50,782 nt of DNA from Hyphochytrium catenoides. Its lineage: Eukaryota > Protista > Hyphochytriomycota. The DNA lies in contig FLMG01000978.1 of NCBI GenBank assembly GCA_900088475.1, positions 1-50,782 of the forward strand, read 5' to 3'. Below, piece after piece: positions 38,242 to 48,886 of this stretch (positions are counted from its first letter, which is position 1; every line of letters begins with the position of its first letter). The notes under the pieces are model-generated. The model was not told the DNA's origin and ran no database searches. It worked only from the letters and a program-made list of their open reading frames with translations. A program made the translations under genes and the position numbers.

Positions 38242-38712
38242 CTAATGTTGGCCGCGGCACACCAGACATGTCAGCGTCCGTGCAGGACATCCCTGGGGCT
38301 GCTGGAAGGCGCGGACGCCAATAGGGGCATAAGGGCCGGCTACGGCGCGACATTGCCTTTGGAGTTCTTGCCTCTCGGTAGGATTCGTTACACTATAGGC
38401 GTTGAAGTCCTTGCATGTCTTGCAAGCAGTTTGGAGGCGACGGCTTCCTTCCTCATGCTGCTCAGCTATGTCCTCCTCTGCGAATGCCATACCTTCCTCT
38501 TGAGCTTGTTCTAGGGTAAGAAGAGAGCGGGGAATGAAGGTATCGGCAATGTTCTCCTTTTCCTCGACCAAGAGAGAGGAAGAGGATCCTCGGATTGCCT
38601 TTGGAGAAGCAGCAGCGTCTTGGCTTGCGAATAGGCAGGCGGCGAGAGACGCCGCAAGGAGGAAATAGAGCCTCCTGGACTGGCGATGTGCACTTCCAAG
38701 GTTCGATTGCAT
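38242..38712 (-). CDS. Secreted prepro-peptide: signal peptide, acidic prodomain, RRL site, 63-aa six-Cys C-terminal domain
   Basis: ATG-initiated intronless 156-aa ORF convergent with ERCC6L. It has a hydrophobic LYFLLAASLAACLFA followed by AAA, a Glu-rich spacer, and RRL/Q preceding CxxC...C...C...CxxC. Confidence 0.7.
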   Translation of the reverse strand: MQSNLGSAHRQSRRLYFLLAASLAACLFASQDAAASPKAIRGSSSSLLVEEKENIADTFIPRSLLTLEQAQEEGMAFAEEDIAEQHEEGSRRLQTACKTCKDFNAYSVTNPTERQELQRQCRAVAGPYAPIGVRAFQQPQGCPARTLTCLVCRGQH

Positions 38713-39369
38713 CTTGAGAAAGGATTGGAGACGGCGAAGAGATTCGTCTGGCGATGAGCTCTTGTGGGGTATGGACGACGTTCCTCTCGTTGACCAGGGA
38801 GGCAGATCTGTTCGGGAGATAGTATTAGGAGTGCAGCTAATACTGGCTTATCCCTCTCTTGATTGTTGGCTACGTGGCAAAGTCTCAAGTGATGACTTCC
38901 GTTGCTGTCTCCTCTAGTCGCGGCAATGAGCAAGCGTCTCTTTGCGATGGCATCCTGCTCGACAAGGTGAAGGACTGGTTGGGATTGCACTTCAGGCTGT
39001 TTGCTGCTCGCACAGCGTGTGGCTTGTGCGTCAGGCTCTTCTAGCTATCACTGCATTAGCTCCTCCTCTCCGCAACTCTGCCTAGAGTGGATGGGAGTTC
39101 TGACCCGTGCATTGTAGAGTTCTATCATCTTACTATTCCTTTTCTGCTTATTATTTGCAAGCTTCCAACTTACTCTTCCATCTGTCTGTCTGTCTCACTC
39201 TCGCTATTATCTCGAACGTAACCCTTGTCCTTCTCCCTCACTGTTAGTTCCTCAGAGTAATCAGCGGCTGGAGTGTCTCTTGGCTTCCACTAATAACGCC
39301 CTTGATTGCTCTATCCACTTGAAATAGCAGCTATCTCATCCCAGGGTCAGAGAACCTTATTACGGGCCA

Positions 39370-39808
39370 ATGATGCTGCTGCAGGCTCTCGAAAGACGCG
39401 CAGACGAAGGTAGGCAGGCAAATAAGGCACCGAAGGACTGAGAAAGGCTGTTGTTGTCCCTTCTCAGTCTCTTTCTCTGGCTTCTTTTCAGATGCGGCGA
39501 GGACGGCACCACCCGTCATCATAGTGGAACATGGAGCATCAGGACAGAGCACATTGACCCCGCCACCAGTCAGAATAAGAGTTACCGGCGAGCTAGGCCC
39601 TCGTCTCCTCCGTCTTCTTTCCTCCTTCAAAATTTGCTCTTCTCTTGTTGCAGCCGGCTCTACACAGTTGGAGGAGAACAAGCCGAAGGGCAAAGAAGAG
39701 GAGGAGCTAATTTTGAAGAAGGATCCGAACCCCATGGTTGGAGTGGATGTTCTTGCTTCTCATCAAGTCGCGCGACCCACTATGGTCGAGGAGAGAGCGA
39801 GATGTTGA
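39370..39808 (+). CDS. Possible 118-aa orphan protein (2 exons)
   Basis: ATG at 39370, donor AAG/GTAGGC at 39410 and pyrimidine-rich acceptor TTTTCAG at 39491 join in frame with ORF 39524-39808. No recognisable motif. Confidence 0.25.
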
Positions 39809-42800
39809 GATGGCTATTGTGGGGCAGCAGAAGAACTGGCTTCTTCTGCTAGTGTCTGGCCTTAGCTCGCGCGTCCAGTTTGCGAGGCTGATGCTGAGTC
39901 CGAAGAAGGCTAACCCTCGTAGAACTACTCCCAGGCTCTTGCCACACTAGAACCGTCTTCCTCGCAGCCCTCGCGCACGCGCCAAACCCTCAACAAAGAA
40001 CTTGAAGGAGGCTGTCTACGTTCTCCGCCACCACTGACGTTGGAACAGCATTAGCTGCATCTCTTGACTAGAACCACCAGGTGTATAGTGCTGTGCTCAT
40101 CACCACCTCTCTCTGACTAAATATTCAGGCGTCCTGGTCGCAGCAATATTCCTGAGCATTAGCTTCGAAAGGCAGCGCATGTCTCGGACCGCTTCACCAG
40201 AGCTTCTTCTCAAAAAGCGTCTCACTCCTCTGGAGAGGGCTCACTCTTACTCCTCTTCTTACTGTACGATTAGTATGGTCACGAACCAGACGCTAACCTA
40301 GCAGTGTTTTTAGAAGAAGAAGAAAGATGATGGATGCTCAGTGACGTCCTGACTAGTAGTAGTACACTCTCTCTCTCTGTGCCTTACTCTCTTTCTCCTC
40401 CCCACCCTCCGTTCATCCCCACGCATCAGAGCGCTGGTGCGCTGTAGAACAACGGGACCAAAGAGAGGAAACGAGAAGGCAATGGCATTGCGAGAAATAC
40501 GTATACCGTACCGTCGTCGGGGCGAATGTGTTCTTGGTAAGAAGCATTGATCATGTGCACCTCCCTCTTACCCTACCGTTCCTGCCGTCCTTCCTCTTCT
40601 TATATTATAGTCAGGCAGAGTGTTCCATCTTCTACTTTCTTTAGAGGCTTTGACTCAGCCTCACGCTGTGGCGAGGACGAGCCACTGCTGCTGGCTTAGC
40701 ATCTGTTCAAGCGGTGGTTGGCTCTAACTGCGACGTCCAAACAACCAGCTCACGGAGTACCTACTACTCCTCATCCTCATGGTGCCGTAGAACTACTCTA
40801 TGTGTGTACGGTTTCTCTGCGTGCTCTGGAAGTGTTATGAACTTTTGGCTCAGATAGAGCCGGTCATGACCCTCGAAAAGAACTACTTTTATAGCTCTTC
40901 CTTTAGGAAAATTGATAGCTCTAATAATACTCGTTCGAATATTTCACTCACGTCGAAGGTCACCAGGCGTCTTCTTTGGGAACTGAGGCTGCCCGAGCCC
41001 GTTCGGAAACTTTTGGCCGGTCATAACTCACTTTCGAGGCAAAAGTTTTCACCTCTTGATAGAAAGGAGAACGTCGTGCCATGCAAAAAAAGAAGTCTAA
41101 TAATGTCCTATTGTCATTGTGCAAGCCGTCGTGCAGCACCAGGAGGACACTGAAAGAGGCACGACCACCACCAGTAACTACTTTTGCAGCACTTTCCCTA
41201 TGATGAACGATGAGCTCAACAAACGTAGTATAGTACCTTCTCGCCACTCCCAGCGCTGCTGACGTACTCTTCACTGCTTCGAGTGGATTGAGGCGTGCTG
41301 ACGTCAGATCTGGAAAGAGAGACGGACGGAGGCTGTGGCTTGAGTTGCCCTGCAAGTGCGAGCCGGGCCAAGTGGTCGGACAGCTTCGTTCTACTGGTTA
41401 TTAGCCAGCCTGCCTTGGCCTGCTTGCCGGTCGCTGGAAGAAGAAGCCAGTGAAGGTTGGGACAGAGGTTTTGACTTTAAAGCTCTCGAGAGGGCGAACT
41501 ACCGTTTTACGGTAGTGAAAGGTGCAAACTATCAAAGTTTCAGGAAGAAATGAAAGGTTCAGAGGTCGCTCTTGATATTACCTACCATAGCGGAGAGCGC
41601 TCGAAAAGTATGTGGTGAAAGTTTATTGAAGAGAAAAGACGATAGAAAGGACGATGGGAATGGAGACTCTGGCTCTCGGATAAATGAGGAGAGAGAAGCC
41701 ACCAAGTCCTCCTCCTTCTCGTTGCTGGTCAAGCGCCGCCACCCCATAGGTCGTGACGATGCCCCCGCCGCCACTTCATACTACGGTGGTGACGATGCCC
41801 CCGGTGCCCGAAGTCCATCCCCAGCAGTGGAAGAAAGAAAGCTCGTCGTCCTCATTCCCCTCCTCCTCCTGTGGGTGCTGCCGCCCGCTGCGTCCTTCCC
41901 AGCTGTGGACTTCTTTGGGCGCAGAAGAAGCCCAAAGAAGAATGAATTCTGATGTCTCCTCCTCCCCCGTGGTGCTGGGGTACCTGCTGCCCGCTCTCTA
42001 GTGCGCCCACCTTTCCGTCCACGCACCTCTTCCTGAACCGCAAGAGTGATCAGACAAACGTTGATCGATGAGCTTATTATGAGGAGACGAGCTGGGCGGC
42101 AGCAGCAGACGGCAGCAAAACGACTGGAACGGCCAGCAGCGTTCGACGGTCCTTCTCCTCCTCCATTTCATTCAATGCAACCTAATGGTTTCCCAGCATG
42201 CAGTATTATAGAGGTAGTGGTGGGAGGCCCATGGTCTTAGATTCACTGAAAGCCCCTGCTTAGAGCAAAAAGAGTCTTGAGCCTTAGATGATAAAGCGCC
42301 GACTTTCACGGGCGATAATAGATTGAAGAGCAGCACCTCTTCCTTTCTTCCCAGCAAGCACCTAGCAACTCGAGTTCCCTGCGTTGCATCACCGACCGAG
42401 GAAAAGCGGCAGATGTTGGCAGCCTAGTGACCAAAGAAAATAGACTTCGATGACTTTTGGCGTCCGCCAGATATCAATGAACTGTCTGCCCCGCAGCAGG
42501 AGGACTTTTCCGCAGATTTATTTGTTCTTGCATTGTTGGTGATAATCTGTCTACATGCGAGTAGGATAGGCGTACTGGACATCAGGGGCGGGAAGAGAGA
42601 GCACACCGGACAAAAAGAGACAGAAGGTGAGGCCAGGAATTGTTCAAAGGATAGAGTAGAGCAGGCTGGATAGAGAGGAGATAATCTGGAACATAATAAT
42701 GCAAGCTCTCCCTAGTAGGGAACATGCCCACGTGCTCAAAGAGGCTTCCCGAAGGAAGGCGTGCTCTCTCCCGTGTAGTTCTTTTGTCAATCTCTGACCG

Positions 42801-42954
42801 CCATCCTTCTGATTCTCCCCGCCTGTGGTCTGGGTCTCTTCTATCTTGTTCTCCTCTCCTTTTCCTCCCTTTCCTGTTGTCCACGGCAGACTGGTTCATT
42901 AGAGTACACTCATCATCACACGTCTTTAGCTCTGCTCTGACTCATTCTGACAGT

Positions 42955-44413
42955 TTACTTGGGCCAAACGACTGCTGCTGTGGTCTTCACTGCTCCTTGC
43001 TTAACAATCAAGGTTCCGTTGTTGCTACCGTTCTCTGCCACTTTCGTGAGGTTATTGTAGCTCCTTTGCAACGAGACTGCATGCGCGACAGTCTTTGTTG
43101 TCTCTCCTTCTTTCCCCAGCAGACCTTCATCAACATCATGGTAAGCCTCCTCAGGTATAGCGATGCGCTCCTTGGAGAGGAAGCGGTTGAAAGGGTCCAG
43201 CATCAACTGCAGCACCTCTATCTCCACCTTCTCGAAGAACTCAATAGTGATTGACTGCTCTGTCTCCCTCTCAAGGGCCTCCAATAGGGTCTCTCGCAAG
43301 TTGTCGCCTATGTTTATCTCCGTAGATGTCCCTCTTCTAATGAATTGCTCACAGATATCTGCCGCTGAGGCCAGGCGCTCTTTGCCTGAGATTTGACCGC
43401 GGTAGGAGAGAACCGCTTTGTAGAAGAGAATATTCTCCACCTGATGGTGAAGGGTACCGTGGAAGGAGAATAGCGGCAGCAGAGGGAAGAAGGCTTATCA
43501 GCTTCCTACGACGACCAATTCAACAACAACAGAGAGGAAGAGAGCACGCCGACTGTAAGACAGAAAGGAAATACGTGGTGGTATGGAAGCGGGACCGGAA
43601 GGGCAACAAGACAACGGAGGTCTAGAATAAGAGACATAGATAGGGAAAGAAATGGTGAAGGCAGTTGGATGACGGCAACAAGACTGTGACAAGGACTCTT
43701 CAAAGGCAAAGAGCCAAGAGAAGAGCGAGAAAGAGAGACAGAAAGACGGAAGGGAAAGAACAGAATAGAGAAAGGGAAAGAGAGCCCAAACAACTAAACA
43801 AAGAAGGCAGCTATCCTAAGAAAGAATGTTTTGCGCCCAGTGGGGAAGAACAGTGCGCCACCCCTAGGATACTTACGCAAAACTCTCGAACGAGATATCG
43901 CTGGAACGTTTCCGTGACCATCGCCTCACTGTTTCTGAGTATGGCTCTCAGCTCATGGATCGACCGTGCAGGACGGTTAACTGACGAGTAGGAAGAAGAT
44001 TGCTTCCAGCTAACTCTGAGTCTCCGAGCTTTGTTTCTCTCTTCCTGGTAAGATATTTTCAGGGGAAGAACGCCGCAGACGACCTCATAGATGAAGAAGA
44101 TGCCTGCGGTGGCAAAGCATGTAAGGTGGACGAGCCAGAGTGCTCTCCCACTGCCACCTAAGAAGGTGATAGCTATCATGAGCGGAAAGAACACAAGCCC
44201 AGAGATGGACGAGTGAATCATCATCTGCCGCTTCATGTCAAAAGCTTCGTGTACTTTGCGCAGCTTCCAGCCGACGTAGCAAACCGTAAGCATCAGTATC
44301 AGGCAACTGGTGAGGTTATAAGCCAGCTGTGAGAGAGAGGATGAGAGTACGAGAGAGCGATAGTAAGGAAAGCGGAGGTGGATAGATAAAAGGGATAGCG
44401 TGAAAAGAGGGAC

Positions 44414-44480
<67 letters not shown>

Positions 44481-45353
44481 TGAGAGAAGAGTCGTCAGAG
44501 AAACGCATGGGTTGCGATATATGCAAAGCAACCGATGTAACAAGAGAGGACAAGGAGCAACAAGAAGACAGGTTAGAAGTCTTGAGCGAGAAAGAAACAG
44601 GGAAAGAGCCAGAAAAGGAAGGGTCTATAGAATGTTGAGAGCCGCTCGGCTCTGCTGTTTGGAGGAGATAGCCGACGACAAGTCCAGAAGAATAGACACA
44701 ACGGAGCTCACCACTGGCTTGGAAGTCAGTGCGCAAGAGTCCAAGATAAAGAACTCCTCCGGATGAGGCTCCAGCGGATCTTGTGACTGATAGAAAGCCC
44801 CTACTACCAGTGCCCCATAGGGCAACAGCACGGCAGCCATCCCGATGAAGACGCACCATGAATACACCTCACGACGCACCTTGAAGTCAGACCACCAAGA
44901 GGAGAAGAGAGAGACAGAAGTTGTTGAAGGAGGAGAGGAAGACGGCTGCTGCCGCTCCTGACCATCACCTTTGCTTCCTTTCATTGCCTTCAGTCTCAGA
45001 TGCTCCTGGTTTTGCTGGAGCTGCTCCTGCTGGTGCTGATAGTTATAATAAAGGATGAAGCAGTGCGTGAAGGACGTGCATAATGCAGGAAAGTATCCTC
45101 CGTTGTAGATGAGAAAGATCATGATTGGCTTGCAGGAGAGAGGGAAATAGGCCGATAGATAGATGTAGGCGCCCCAGGGAGTGCTTAGATGACCTAAGAC
45201 AAGCCACCAAATGGGCATCACGTTCATAGGATAGAGGTTCCTTCGTCGGATGTAGAGAAAGGTGATGATGAGAGTGAGAGCCACATGTACAGTCAGTACA
45301 AGGCGCGCTAGCATCCGCAGCGTATAGGGATACTCTTGCTGTTCCGTCGCCAT
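42955..45353 (-). CDS. Seven-transmembrane RGS protein (7TM-RGS, AtRGS1-like architecture)
   Basis: Exons 45353-44713, 44326-43877 and 43440-42955, all phase 0. Seven hydrophobic segments and KLRKVHEAFDMKRQ between TM5 and TM6 precede an RGS box: FQRYLVREFC/VENILFYKAV...ICEQFIRRGTSTEINI...FEKVEIEVLQLM..DPFNRFL. Confidence 0.88.
44416..44475. repeat. (GA)n microsatellite in 7TM-RGS intron 1
   Basis: Perfect GA run of about 29 units. Confidence 0.9.
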
Positions 45354-46389
45354 CTGATTGATTGTTCCTTCTCGTCTCCGCAGCTACTGATGATTGATGG
45401 AGGAAGAAGAGTTATTATCTGGGGAGGAGGAGGAGGAATCTAAAAGGTGAGAGAGACGATAATAGACTTCTTCCTGGAACCGTGAACAGCATGCACTAGG
45501 TTGAGACAGCCCATCAGAGACCACCACGCAGCTCACGTCAACTCCAGGTAACTCCTCCCTGGTGCTGCTGCTGCGCCGCTGCTGCACTGGCGTGGACGAC
45601 GCAACAATCAGGGGAACAGGATTGCACTGTCAGTAAGCTTTGACTGTCCTCTGTCTGCGTAGTCATGCTTCCCTCTCCTCTGTTGCATTCGTTATCCTGC
45701 TTTCATGTTCTGTTTGATCCTCTCTGCTTCTTCTCTGTCTCTTAAGTGCACACTGCAGCGGCGAGGATCAGGTTGTTTCGCTTAGCTCTTAGAGTAACTC
45801 TAATCTTTCCCTCCTCTCGCGAGCACGACTCATACGCCTCTCCATCCCTTTCCCATACCTCTTTGTTCCCTGCCGACTCCCTTCTCCCTCCTCCGTCAAT
45901 GTTCCGTCTCTCCGTTTTCTCTCTCTCTCTCTCCCTCTCTCTCTCTCCATTCAGTTTCTTTCTCTGTTCTTCTTCTCCCCAAACCAAAACTTAACGACTT
46001 CCCCTCTTTCTCTCTCTCTCTCTCTCTGACATGCCTCTCTTCTTTCTCTCAAGTCCTCCTCCCTTGCGTCTCCCTTGCGTCCAGCAAGAGGAAGTCCAAG
46101 AGAGTGCTGGAAGCATGAGAAGAAGAAAGAGAGAAATGCACAGGAAGGAAGCCACGGAAACGTCAGTCCCTCAAGCGGTTTCGCTAGCAAGAGAAACAAA
46201 CAAAAATATCCAGCAGCTCATCTTTTATTCGAAAATCCATTTGATATGAATAAAAAAGTTAATAGATCCAGGGGCGGTGTCTTAGTAAGGTGATTTTTCT
46301 GTGGGACGTTTGTTGATGCTTTTATTGAGTCTTTATTTCTTTTGGTTATTTTGTTGTGCAAGATCTGACATCTGACGTAGGAAGCGTTA

Positions 46390-46465
46390 CTCTTTCTCTC
46401 TCACTCGTTTCCACCTCCTCTTCTCTTCTCTCTTCTCCGTCCTATCTTCTCTCTCTGTCCCCCTT

Positions 46466-46504
<39 letters not shown>

Positions 46505-46805
46505 CTCTCTCACTCTCTCATTCTCTCTCTCTCTCTCTCTCTCTCGCTCTCTCTCTCTCTCTCGCTCGCTCGCTCTCTCGCTCTCTCTCGCTCTCTTTCT
46601 CTCCTCCCTTTTATGTTGACCCACACACTCACTCTGTCTCTGTCTTTCTCTCTCTCTCTCTCTCTCGCTCTCTCTCTCTTTCCCTCCTCTCTTTATTGTT
46701 CACCCACACACTCACTCTCTCTCTTTCTTTCTCTCTCTCTCCCTCACTCTCTCTCTCTCTCTCTCTTTCACTCTCTCTCTCCCGTCTTTCCCTCCTCCTC
46801 TTCTA
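46390..46805. repeat. Compound (CT)n tract with internal direct repeat CCCACACACTCACTCT
   Basis: About 400 nt of CT-rich sequence; the motif occurs near 46620 and 46703. Confidence 0.85.
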
Positions 46806-47984
46806 TTGTTCCTACTTACTCCCCTCAGAACTTCCCATTATTGTGGCAGCAGCAGCACGACTGCGTCATGTCAAAGAACAAACGCACGCTTCGCCGCCGT
46901 CATCTCCTCCTCACTTCTCCCAACCAGTTTGCCTCTCTCATTTAGCCCTCCACCTGTCATCCTTATCCCTCTACTATTCCTCACTCTTTGCACGCCACGA
47001 CGACGCTATCCATCGTCTTCCCTCCTCTTGGTCGTCGCATTTGTCTTGGTGGTGGGCGGGCGAGGATGATGTTGATGTTGACAGTTCCCGCCATTGATCG
47101 ATCTCCTGCTTCAACTAACCAGGAGTCTAACAGGTCACTACCGCTAGACAGAGAGGGCGTGGTGATGAGGCGAGATCAAGGACAGAGAGAGTCCAACAAC
47201 AAGCGGTGATCGGGGTGGCAGGAGCAAAAGTTGAGCACTAACTATTTGGCAAAGAGCACATGCTATGCAAGCCTGGGTAGGTCGTCGTCTGTGTGCTGCA
47301 CGGCGCTAGGATCTCTCATAGGTCTCGATTGCTATTGTTGCTGACATGCACGCTCCTCTCCATGCTCTTGCTCTCAACTTCTAGCTTCTTCGGGTCCTTC
47401 ACTTCTTCTTCTCTAAGTCATGATAGCTGAGGCTTGAGAAGGATATTGTTGGCAGCCTCTCTCATAGATGATATTGTCTTTTACACCTCCTCACTCGTCG
47501 GCTGTCTCCTTGTTCTCTTTCTCTTCTTCCGTCCAGTCTCCTCTTCATCATTATCGTACTGCACACAGCTTCTTATAAACAGGCCAACGCATGGGAACAG
47601 GCAGGCGCTGATCTCAACGTGTCTCTCTCTTTCTTCTTTTTGACTCTGACCTGTCCCTGTATTATAATAAGTTAGCAGTCGCAATAAGGAGTAGGAAAAG
47701 TCTGACAAATGCCAAGGTCCATAGAGAGAGAACGAGGCCCATCTGCTGGCGAGGGAAAGACAAAGATTCTGGTTGACTTTTAAGGAAGTGTTTATTATCT
47801 AAAGAAAGTGCGTCGTATCTAAAGATTGACAGTCCTTCCTTGCTGTCTGATGTTCTGATGGAGGTCCGCCCTAAGAAGAACGACAAAGACGAAGAGTGGC
47901 GATCAATGCGAGAAGAGAAAAGCAAGTAGTAGTCAAGAGGTGGTAAGAAGGACGAAGCTGCTCCTCATCTCTAAGAGAATGACC

Positions 47985-48575
47985 TTAGCCCAAGAGCCCA
48001 AGAAGGCCAAGAATCCTGTTCAGCAGCACAGAGAGAGGCGCCAGAGATCCGGGACCATTCAACAGGTTCGCCACGGCACACAGCAGGTTGCCTAAGAGAT
48101 TTCCAGCACCAGGCTCTGCACGGATAGTCAGATGAATTTCATTGAGATCGATGACGAGGCCCAGCAGGTCCAAGTGAAGCGGGCCAAGATCCAGACGGAG
48201 AATCTCGCAGAACTCTTGTTGGAGCTTCCTCCTCAATAACAGACCCGCGCCGCCAGAAGGTTTGCCTCTTGGCACTTTAACTGGCACAGCACTCACAGGC
48301 TGTCGGGTGATAGAGTGAGGGACACCATCTACCTCGCATGTCGCAGATAGAAAGCCGTCAGCCAGCAGAGTATTGCGGTCGTCTGACAACTTGAAGCGCT
48401 GAGGTAGAAAAGTTGCAGCTGACAGCGTGCCTGCCTTGTCCCCAAAGCTGCAGGGACGCTCGCCAGGTGTGAATGTATTGCTTATACTCCCCACTTGTCC
48501 AGCGGCTCTCGGGGCATACACAGCGCTGATGACAAGCGCGATGCAAAGGAAGATCACAGCGCGTGGCTGAGTCAT
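47985..48575 (-). CDS. Secreted protein with bacterial-type C..L.L.LGPL.LDLLGL...GNLLGNLLC domain
   Basis: 196-aa ORF with no coding intron, signal peptide VIFLCIALVISAVYA, and C-terminal CEILRLDLGPLHLDLLGLVIDLNEIHLTIRAEPGAGNLLGNLLCAVANLL. A probable 5'UTR acceptor (TTTTCAG) lies near 48633. Confidence 0.8.
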   Translation of the reverse strand: MTQPRAVIFLCIALVISAVYAPRAAGQVGSISNTFTPGERPCSFGDKAGTLSAATFLPQRFKLSDDRNTLLADGFLSATCEVDGVPHSITRQPVSAVPVKVPRGKPSGGAGLLLRRKLQQEFCEILRLDLGPLHLDLLGLVIDLNEIHLTIRAEPGAGNLLGNLLCAVANLLNGPGSLAPLSVLLNRILGLLGLLG

Positions 48576-48780
48576 GTTCTATCTCTCTCAGGTCGTCACT
48601 TTCTCTCACTTCTTGTTGTCCTGCCGTTGAGCCTGAAAATGGGAAAGGCAAACCTGGGATAGCAGGGACTGGGCTCAGAAGTACAGCTGATGAACGTCTT
48701 CTAAGCAGCTTGAAAGTTGCTGAATGAGGAACAAAGCAGGCAGATCTTTAGCCTCGATAAGTTTCGCTTCTTTTCCAAAG

Positions 48781-48836
48781 TCTCTCTCCTTCTCCTCCTC
48801 CCCCTATCTGTCTCTCTTCTCTCTCTCTCTCTCTTC

Positions 48837-48880
<44 letters not shown>

Positions 48881-48886
48881 TTCTTT
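48781..48886. repeat. (CT)n microsatellite
   Basis: CT run upstream of the secreted-protein gene. Confidence 0.85.

Noticed and set aside
38511-38990. 159-aa ORF overlapping the peptide gene in another frame
   Set aside because: No features; the 38242-38712 frame has a coherent signal/pro/mature architecture.
41572-42043. Overlapping ORFs with a duplicated 15-mer GTGACGATGCCCCCG
   Set aside because: Only two copies, so not a CRISPR or tandem array; the ORFs lack ATG starts and motifs.
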